Source of the DNA: Parasitella parasitica NRRL 2501
Taxonomy: Eukaryota > Fungi > Mucoromycota
Direction of reading: 5' to 3'
Length of the DNA stretch: 46,726 bases
Assembly: GCA_025201805.1 (NCBI GenBank)
Contig: MU619371.1
Location: forward strand, 41,138-87,863
Shown here piece by piece: positions 37,113 to 46,726 of this stretch (position 1 is its first letter; each line of letters starts with the position of its first letter). The notes beneath the pieces were generated by a model. That model was given only the letters and a program-made list of their open reading frames with translations, was not told the origin of the DNA and did no database searches. A program made the position numbers and the translations under genes.

Positions 37113-40100
37113 AGCAGAAAATGTATTCATAATGAAAATGGGTAAATAGAACAAAATGCGAGTTAGGTAAGGCTTTAAAAGTCTTACCCATCGTTATTTG
37201 CAAGTCACTTGTGCAGCGAAACGCAGTAAAATCCTTTCTTTATTTTGATAGTAGATTGAATGTGCAATAAGCTGTTATTTTACATCTTTATTGAAACAGT
37301 GTCTACGAGGGATACGAAAGAAAACTAGTGCAGAGATGATATATTTTATAATATTACATGTGTATCTGTTGTAATTAAAGAACTCGTCAAGATTTTCTGA
37401 TATATTATGAATGTTTATTGCACCATTTTCGTTGCGGGTTCTTTTTTCTTCTAGTATCTTGATTGCTTTATTTTGGTTACTTTCGTTGTAGTTTCCACTA
37501 CGCAGAAATATCTCCATTCGCTTAATCGCTTTTTGACGGCGTTGGTAGAATTTTGAAAGACTTGATGTTCCTTTCCAATTTTTAACTCTATGTATTCTAT
37601 CAAGTTTACACACCGGATGGTAACCGGGAAGACCATCAAAGCAAATACGCCAAAGAGCAGGTAAAGTTTCGGCTTTTTTGAAAGCTTGAATAGTGATATC
37701 AAGTCCTTCGGTTCCTGCAGCTGCTGAAGATGTTGGCTGTTGTGAGGCAGGTACTGGCTGGGATGTCGTAGGGAGAGAGAAAGAAAATTGACTTGACAAC
37801 GTGGAATTATTTAATATNNNNNNNNNNNNNNNNNNNNNNNNNNNNNNNNNNNNNNNNNNNNNNNNNNNNNNNNNNNNNNNNNNNNNNNNNNNNNNNNNNN
37901 NNNNNNNNNNNNNNNNNNNNNNNNNNNNNNNNNNNNNNNNNNNNNNNNNNNNNNNNNNNNNNNNNNNNNNNNNNNNNNNNNNNNNNNNNNNNNNNNNNNN
38001 NNNNNNNNNNNNNNNNNNNNNNNNNNNNNNNNNNNNNNNNNNNNNNNNNNNNNNNNNNNNNNNNNNNNNNNNNNNNNNNNNNNNNNNNNNNNNNNNNNNN
38101 NNNNNNNNNNNNNNNNNNNNNNNNNNNNNNNNNNNNNNNNNNNNNNNNNNNNNNNNNNNNNNNNNNNNNNNNNNNNNNNNNNNNNNNNNNNNNNNNNNNN
38201 NNNNNNNNNNNNNNNNNNNNNNNNNNNNNNNNNNNNNAAAAATTTCAGCTGGAAAAGTTTGGAAGCCTTGACATAGAGTATTAAGAGATTGAACTTGGGC
38301 AGACAAAGTAGATATTTGATTCTTCAAATCTCTGAGGTGGTTGTCGACTTGTGGTATGGCTCTTTGAAGTAACAAATCACCAGGTTCTTCAATATTCTTC
38401 AATATTCTCGAGAGCACGATTTAAATTGCTAAAATTTTTAAAAAAAATGCAAAAAATAAGGTTTCTCTCTGTCGTTTGAGGCGCTAATTTCTACATACCG
38501 TTCAAATTGTAAATACAATTCATCTTGAAACAATGTATCATACCAAAGTGCATGGTCAGGGTAAGTCTTCTTCATAATTACTGAGTCCTGAAGGAATACA
38601 ATACGTAATTGGAGCAGAAGACGCAAAAATCCATCAGTAGCAGTTGAAGTTTCCAATACTTCCTCTTTGTTAATCCTTTCTAACCAATAATCAACTCGAG
38701 GAAATACCTTCTTTAGCAGCTCTTCTGGTGGTGTTACTGTAGAATGGATCAAATAAAACTGTCCAGCATCTCTTGTAAAAGCTGCTAATGTTCTCAATGC
38801 TTCTCTTGGCAAATGAGTTAGATAGTTCGACGTCAATGCTGAATTGTTCCAGCGACCTAGGCGCTGGATGGCTGCTTCACTTGTACCAAACATCTCCGCC
38901 ATTCTTGAACCAGAGCCCCTCATTGCATGAGTTTTTGCTTTGCTATTAAGACCAACAGCTTTGAATGCTTCTTTTGTACAGTTAAGATGGTGATCGTAGG
39001 AGATGGAGGTCTTGGGGTCGTTTCTTGATCTAGTCGATTTGAAACCAAACCAATCGCGAATCTCATTGAATTCGGGAAAAGGTTCACCTGCAATATGCCA
39101 ACGATAGAATAGATAAAAAGAGAGTAGCATTTGAGGACAAATGTTTACATTCTTGTTACGTAAAGAAGCAGTAAACTCCAAACGGCCTTCTTGATTTTTT
39201 TTGCCTTGTTTTAATACCATAATGAGCGCATAACATGGGCTGATCCCCTCATTTTCTAATAGCATACATTGCAAGTCTGGAAACTCCATCATGCGCAAAC
39301 TTTCCCCACGAAGTAACCCATAATGCTGCAACAAAAAAGTAACACCATTTCGTAACCCCTCTTAGGTATTTTTACGGAAGTAATGCTCTACAAGTTTCTC
39401 CATTTCAGCAGTAGTAGAGTACCCATCAGCTACAGTACCCACTCCACGATCGACATAGTTTTCCCGTTTGTGCTTTTGTTCTTCATACTTGAGGCTTTGT
39501 AAAAGAGCATCAACAAGCTTACCATGATGGTGAGGGTGATTGCTGTGTGGATCATTCACTGATTGCTCGTTATGGAGATCAACAACAGCAGATATGTACA
39601 TCTTGACAGTAGAGAGACCGACACGCTTAGCATTTGTAGAAGAAGTTGAGGCAGCACGCTCCAGCAATTTACTCTTCTTAATTGATTGTCATCGAGAACT
39701 TCACTAGGTACTTCGCCAGTTTGAAGAAGATCGGAGTCGGTTGGCAATGGATGATTTTCCTCTGTGGAAGAAGTAGAGATCGGATTACTGCTTTCATTTG
39801 ATGTTTGTCGTCGTTTAGTTTCTCTCCTATTTCAAATTAGTAATTTGGTCACTAAAGACATTTTCTACTCCAATTAGCTTACTTTTTATATTCCCTATTG
39901 ACAACCTCAATTTTATGTTTGATTATTAAAAAAAAAGGGCATGAGTGAGTATTATAATTTCAAACCATACCTGAGTATGCAAAAAAAATGTAGCTTTTTA
40001 TCATCAGGGATTTCGTTTAATGGACCCGGTGGACAAAACTTTTTACACCATTCAAGAAATTCTTCCTTTCTATTCTTATAAGACTTTGTTGTGTTTTTTG

Positions 40101-40471
40101 ACCGAACTTGTTTAACCTTCTCAGCCGTTTATTGGGCAGCAGTTTCGGCCGCTTGGGCATAAGCATAATCACTGTTCATTGCACTTATGTGTTGGGCTGG
40201 TACTTGAGGCAGAGGAAGAGAACTTGATGCATTACTTTCCCTTAAACCATTTATAATGTTTTGATTACGTCCTATTAAATTAAGATAGTATTATGAGTTT
40301 ATTTAATCTATTCAATTTTTATTTTCTTCGTCCTGCATTTTTTTTGGGTTGACTTAATGATAAAAATGAAATAAGAAATAAAGAGAAATCGAAGTAAATC
40401 ATTCATGCGCAATTGCATGTTGTTCTTAACATAATTTCAATTTGGTGAGCATTTGCTGAGCATTTTCTGCT
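37113..40471 (-). mobile_element. Crypton (CryptonF-type) tyrosine-recombinase DNA transposon, degenerate
   Basis: Contains an Ndc10-like YR domain and a GCR1_C-like C-terminal region. Bracketed by an 11-bp inverted repeat AGCAGAAAATG (37113-37123) / CATTTTCTGCT (40461-40471); the ends are inferred. Confidence 0.8.
37275..40338 (-). pseudogene. Crypton tyrosine recombinase (NDC10_II + GCR1_C-like) with premature stops and a frameshift
   Basis: Catalytic set LLRGE, GKKNQ, KTHAMRGSG, LGRWN, SNYL; N-terminal SKNTTKSY...EFLEWC; C-terminal LWRICFDGL...KFYQRRQK. In-frame TAA at 39362-39364, a frame change near 39670 and a further stop near 40130. Confidence 0.88.
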
Positions 40472-40514
40472 AGTGCTTCAAATAATATTAAATTTATCTT
40501 TGTAGTCATAACTG

Positions 40515-41620
40515 TTATGTCAAAAGTCTGATAAAATTAATCTGCCAAATTAATCGCGATCGATAAACCATATCCTCAGAAATAATTGCCCGCGGTAATA
40601 GCTGTCCATATTCTTGTTGCATTACTAATTGTTCAGTCCATCCCTTATACTTTAGTTTCTCGGAACCATATACAGGATAATAATATGAGATAAAATCAGT
40701 CAGCTTCAACGACTGTGATCTGCCATAATTATAGACAGAAGATCATGACAATGTACTTCAATTGAAGATTGAAGATTGTCCAATGATGTGATGTGATACG
40801 CTTGTGTAAATTGGAGAATAAAGTCTCTGTTTCAAATCAAGAAGGTTATTCCTGTAAGTAACACAGATCTGAGCACCAGGATAAAGGTTAAGGCTCTGTC
40901 AGATCAAAGACGTGTAGCCCTTGCTGTATAACCTCATATCGTACCCTGTCAAGTGAATTGTCACTGTGAATTAGTCTTGTCAATTAGTAATCTAAATAAG
41001 TCACCATAAATTTATGTAGTTGTAAAAAGTATAAATAGCAGATGCAATTTCGATCTTAAATAAAGTATCTTTAGTTTTCGTATCTCGTTAACCTTTGGTT
41101 TTTTTATTATCTTTTTGATCCAACAGACTGTACTTGAGGTCCACCTTTTTTAGCTTCATATCTTTGTACAACGTTTTTCTTGTATACAGTATGTCCTTCG
41201 ATTCCTTCTCAACTTTTTTATCCTTAATATCGCTTCTAATTCCACGATGCTCATCATGCGGAGGATTTATTGGTACATAAATCACCTCTCTCCTCTCTCG
41301 ATGCTTGGTGGGTATCCATACCAAGTAAATCATAAGCGGCTTCAACTGAACCAACGATGCGACTTTTCATATGTACCCCAAGACGTCTCTTTTCATGTAT
41401 TCGTTCGAAGCTAAACTGGACATCATCATCTACTTTTGTGAGATACTTGGCCAAATAATGCAATGCAGCTGGTCCCCGATTCACTTGAATATCCAGATTT
41501 GCTTCAAACAACGCCAGCAAAAAAAGAATTTTATGGATTTGCATTGCCATCCAATAGGCCACATTTATACATCATCGCGCTGTCAGGAACTGTGAGTAAC
41601 ATTGATTGCTTGGCGTGAGC
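40515..41620 (-). mobile_element. Helitron Rep/helicase remnant
   Basis: ANLDIQVNRGPAALHYLAKYLTK (HUH Y2 motif YxxKY) followed by SRIVGSVEAAYDLLG, typical of Helitron Rep; broken by frameshifts. Confidence 0.78.
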
Positions 41621-42676
41621 CTTGATTGGTGTTGGTTTCACTAGGTGTAATATCGAAACATGAGAAGCTTGGCATAAGTCTTGATTGGTGCGTGACTTGA
41701 ACTGTGCAACATTACACGGTTTATGATGATGCAATGATGGTTGAGTACGCATGAATCACATGTGATCTACACGCTGACATAATCTCGATCTGCATGAATT
41801 CTCGATATACTTTGAAAGGCGTACAGTAGCTCATCATGACAGAAATGTGCTATTAATATAGACTGGATAAGACTATGCAAGAAACGATATACGTTTATGG
41901 ATCGATATTAAATAATCTTCGTATAGAAGATTGATTAGGGTACCTCGGGTAAAGTCTACCTCCTCACTCAAATAGATTTGAGTTTTCTTGAGTCTGCTGA
42001 TGTGTTGGTTAGCACAAAGTCAAGATGCTAGCTACGCAGTATTGTCGTACATGTTAAATTGCGATAGCAGAAAATTTATCTACAGTTTAAGTATATAAAG
42101 GTTTATCTACCTGGCCAGTAGATGAACGGGAGCTTTATACACTTGTCGATTTGATAATAAAACCTACTATATATACCACCTTTATAAGTTGACATTATAT
42201 TGTTTTTTTTATTATAATTTTTGTTGTTCCAGAAAGGCATGAGATTAAGCAATTATTAGATTGGTAATTCTTTGTATACAATGACAAGAATAAGCTATTA
42301 ATGTACTACAGTAGAACATGTAATAAACTTGGTATTACATACAAAGTTCAATGTTTAACCATGATGACAAATAGTGTTAGAATAGATATAATCTAGTATA
42401 AAAAGATGGCATTTTCTTATCAATAAAGTCATTAGTTTTTGTGTCTGATTTTATTTTTATAAAGTTATATACATTTTTTGAGCAGATCATATTTATATAT
42501 CCTCTGCGGATAAATTTTTTTCCTTGAATTCATATAACAACTTATACCGATTCCACAGCTCTAAAACTCTTCTCAATCGTTATTTATGCAGTCACTTGGA
42601 GTAAAAGTTTTAGAGCTATTTTACGCTTCTTATAAAATAAAAATATTATTTCTGCTTTCTTTCATTTACTTACAAA

Positions 42677-43985
42677 ATGCCACATGCAAAATATGAAAGT
42701 TGTTTGAATGATTTTACAAAGAGCTATGTTTTTTTACAAAAGCTAAAAAGTCATTGGGCAATTGCACATAATTTGGTTGCCAAACATTCATACCGCACAA
42801 AACCCAGAAAGCACGTACTGAATTGTGCAATATGCAATAAAGGAGGAATTGACAGAAGTATCATGCAGAGTCATTACTTGGATCGTCATGTATACGACAA
42901 GAAAAATATTGGCAATGCTGGCAACGATGCCATTGATCGTTTACAGTTGGCAAACATCGACCAACTTGCGTCTTTAAACATAAAGTCTTTGGGCATACAA
43001 CCTCTTTTGTAAGTAGAGCGAGTAAAGAGAGAGATAATAGTAGTCTCTTATAAATGTAGGGCTTTCTCGAGCATTTTTATGCATGAGCAAACGGAGGAAC
43101 CAGCACAAAAGATGTTCTCAACGGTGTTTGTTGAGTCAGTGAGACGCGTTTTGAAAGTATTTTTTATAAATCAAGTATACAAAATTGTATATTAAAAAAA
43201 TTGGCTTAGGAATTGGCAGGAGGGGCTGGAAAGCTGACTTGTTTCAAAAACATGATTGCGTTGCTTTCTGAGAATGGTGAGCAAAAGATTGAAGATTCGC
43301 TGCTGGTCTGTCTTTCAGATTTGTATGTATTATGGTTTGATGATGAAATGTCTTTATTAATTTTGAGGTGAACAGTATTATGCTTTCCAATAATTACAGA
43401 AATCAAATAACTACGGAACCAGAAATTTGCTCGCAATATGTGGATCCAATAATGAAGAAGTTGTTTGCGGGTTTTCACGAGGGATTTTATGCTGCAGGGT
43501 AAATTGTCGTAAATCAATTGGTGAATGTGCATGCGGTTAAAATATGTTGCAGAGAAAACAGCAAAATATCTGATAATATGGAGAGGCCAGATTATATGAT
43601 TGAAAAATTTGATCTCAACAATGAGCATCTGTTATTTTCCTGCTTTGGTGAGATAAAGCCAGCTTCTAAACCATCCCATTATTATACCATGGATATTTAT
43701 AGGCTGGCTTTGTTCTCAAAGAGGGAACTGATCCAAAACAGTTTGAATCGTGTAACGTCCTTTTTTTGCATCGAAAATATGATACGCTTCTTCTGTTTGT
43801 CCTCCAGTGGAGACGTTTTCAGTTTCGTAGAAGTTGCTGAAGTTGTGCTACCCAAAAAGGCATACAATGCAAATTTGTTGGTGCCGCGCATGGAAAAACT
43901 GGCGATTGTTTGCCATATGCATAGTTGTGTTCAAGTTGTTGAGAATGCATATCTATGCAAAGAATCTGGAAATCTTACCTTTTGA
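42677..43985 (+). pseudogene. Fragmented gene with a C-terminal PD-(D/E)xK nuclease-like domain, probably repeat- or transposon-associated
   Basis: RPDY...CFGEIKP...DIYRLALFSK pattern in ORF 43518-43985. Upstream parts are interrupted by stops or introns, so an intact model could not be built. Confidence 0.5.
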
Positions 43986-46726
43986 TTTCTTATAAAAATA
44001 AAATCTCTGAGTTGCAATGCTCGAAGTCTGTTTATAAAATCTGGATTCGAAATATTGGGAGAAAAGCCGTCCCTATGTGCAACCAAAGTTATCAATTTTC
44101 AATTGCCTTTTGAACACATTTTGCAATTTTGTCTTTTTAATCAACATGAAAATATTATTTGTTGGCATCAATCCTTCTTCAACAACTTCAGACCACTATG
44201 GCCTCGCCAATGTTCTCATGAGAATATATATGTGCATGAAGGGGAACAGTTTTTAGAGCCAAAAAAAGTGCTTATCGAGCTAGGTTAAGGCGATAAATGT
44301 GCTCATGCGAGAACAAAAATTGAAACATCTTAAATGATCACATTTTTATGCTTAAATGAGCACATAAATTACTAGTTTCATAGGCTTAAAATTACGCTCA
44401 AAAGGCTTGAAAAAATGTGCTCATGTAGCGAAAATGTGCCCGTACACTCAAAAAAATGTGCTCAAAAAAGTAAAATTTGCGTATAAAAATAATGTAGCTG
44501 TAGCTTTTGTTTATTTCTCAATTTTTGTAGTATGGACCAGTAATTTATTATTGCTTTCATTTCATATCGTTACATACAATATTGTCTTGATTATGTAGCC
44601 TTTGGTTCACACAGGCAATGATGGAAAACAGTGCAAGGTTAGCTATTACCCGATTTGAAATTGAAGCAGCCGCTGAGGTATTTGCTATAGACAAGAAAAG
44701 TGCATCAGTAAAATAAATTTTGTTGGCGACAATAACAAATAACCACCTACATTAATTGTGAAAAGAGATGATACACTACAACATCATATAAAATACTCGA
44801 AAAAAGAAGCAAGGTTTAGCTTCATAACTTCTAGAATCCAGGGCAAAAATGAACAGCAAACCTCTCATATTATCGTATATGTTCAGATACTGGGCACAAA
44901 ATTATACCTGTAGCGTGCCTAAATATATAATATAGAAGAGATCTAGTTTTAGTTTATATTAATTAAGCAAAAGAAGCAAGCCAAAAAGTATTCAATACTA
45001 CCTTGACATTGACACCCAAACGACGTAATATAAAAAAGTAATTTAAACATAGTATTATATTTAGCTATTGCCTATATATAGCACTAAAAGAAGTCAGTCA
45101 TTTAGTAGCTACAAACAATTTAATGCACATAGCAATACCATAATCTCATATGAAAGATTGAACTGAGTAGAGCCTCTATTGTGTTATTGACAAAAGAATT
45201 AAAAGTTTGTTAGAATAAACTCAAATACATACCATGATGATATCAATACACAAAATATGTTGTGTATCATTTCTTTATTCCAAGCTATACTGCAAGCTGT
45301 TCCTTGATAAAATAGAAGCTACAATTTCTTATAATGATGAAACTACAGATACGTGAAGATGTTAGTATTCTGTATAGTGTACTTATATTTGGCACAAAAT
45401 GTGCTAATATTGTATGTTTTTTAAGTTAAAATACCAGTTTATAAAGTTGTAAAGTTAGTGAAAACAAAAGAAAAAGACCAAGGAGAAGCTAACAAAGAAG
45501 CTAAAATATGCATTCGGTCATCACAATATGCAATGTTTGCGCTAAGCATGCAGTAAAAAGCCAATAGAAAAGCACCGCTACAAGGTCGTCTCAACATTTG
45601 AAAGCAAGGCATGTACAAACAAAAATATACTTTACTCAAGTGTATTGCTACTGGTGCTAGCATTATTATTACCAGCGGCTTTTTTTTCATCATCTTCAAC
45701 AACACTTTGGTTAACAGTAGGTACTTCTTCGTCACTTTTTGCGCTCGAATGAACATTAGTATGATCGTGCGAGCATAAATAAACTTTTTTTACTCAAAAC
45801 AGATGCGATCTTTGCAATATCTCAACAAATATTTGGTAGCAAATGTTACTACAAGCACAAAAAAAATCGAAATGTCTCAGGAATTATATTATATAATTAA
45901 AAAATGAGCCATCTCAACTTTTTTTATAAATGTACATGCAATGGAATGGTATAACTAAAAGCAAGTAACTAAAANNNNNNNNNNNNNNNNNNNNNNNNNN
46001 NNNNNNNNNNNNNNNNNNNNNNNNNNNNNNNNNNNNNNNNNNNNNNNNNNNNNNNNNNNNNNNNNNNNNNNNNNNNNNNNNNNNNNNNNNNNNNNNNNNN
46101 NNNNNNNNNNNNNNNNNNNNNNNNNNNNNNNNNNNNNNNNNNNNNNNNNNNNNNNNNNNNNNNNNNNNNNNNNNNNNNNNNNNNNNNNNNNNNNNNNNNN
46201 NNNNNNNNNNNNNNNNNNNNNNNNNNNNNNNNNNNNNNNNNNNNNNNNNNNNNNNNNNNNNNNNNNNNNNNNNNNNNNNNNNNNNNNNNNNNNNNNNNNN
46301 NNNNNNNNNNNNNNNNNNNNNNNNNNNNNNNNNNNNNNNNNNNNNNNNNNNNNNNNNNNNNNNNNNNNNNNNNNNNNNNNNNNNNNNNNNNNNNNNNNNN
46401 NNNNNNNNNNNNNNNNNNNNNNNNNNNNNNNNNNNNNNNNNNNNNNNNNNNNNNNNNNNNNNNNNNNNNNNNNNNNNNNNNNNNNNNNNNNNNNNNNNNN
46501 NNNNNNNNNNNNNNTCCTATAAATACTAAGATGTTTTTCTCTAGATAAAACCTCAGTATACTTTTATAATAAAGAACCCCAAACTTGATTATAATTGTAA
46601 TTTCATATCGCTTTTATTTTTTTTTTTTTTTTTATTTCGTAAATCTTTCAAATTTACTGCAGTACATTTGGGCCAAAATTATTTATGGTCTCACAAGCAC
46701 ATTAATGCTCCCATGACCCTAAAAAT

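Noticed and set aside
42557-42618. GTTTTAGAGCTA, identical to the start of the Cas9 CRISPR repeat, within a 12-bp inverted repeat
   Set aside because: Single short match in AT-rich eukaryotic DNA with no repeat-spacer array and no cas genes; best read as a chance match or a small hairpin.

Overview
AT-rich, intron-rich fungal genomic DNA with assembly gaps, most likely from a Mucorales/Mucoromycota species (inferred from short introns, a metazoan-type PITP, a Crypton and a 7TM-like family). Positions 1-35 kb are mostly housekeeping and signalling genes: mitochondrial uL29m/MRPL4, a group-I G-alpha, two RhoGAPs, a Coa2-like protein, a Byr4/Bfa1-like protein, a large PPR protein, BCD1, PITP, GatF/GatC, a UBE2G-type E2, a single-pass membrane protein and a 7TM-like protein. 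Positions ~36-44.5 kb are decayed mobile DNA: a tyrosine-recombinase Crypton that appears nested in a Helitron, plus a nuclease-like remnant. The strongest unexplained signal is 11 perfect ATCWGATAA sites in 1.8 kb directly upstream of the PPR gene, with a 12th in its intron. This is the known binding motif of fungal iron-sensing GATA repressors (SreA/Fep1/Urbs1), suggesting iron-controlled regulation of mitochondrial gene expression through a Ppr5-like PPR protein. Also seen are a strand-specific structured RNA candidate upstream of MRPL4, a 156-bp MITE, micro-exons and several GC-AG introns. Family assignments come from motif recognition, not database searches.
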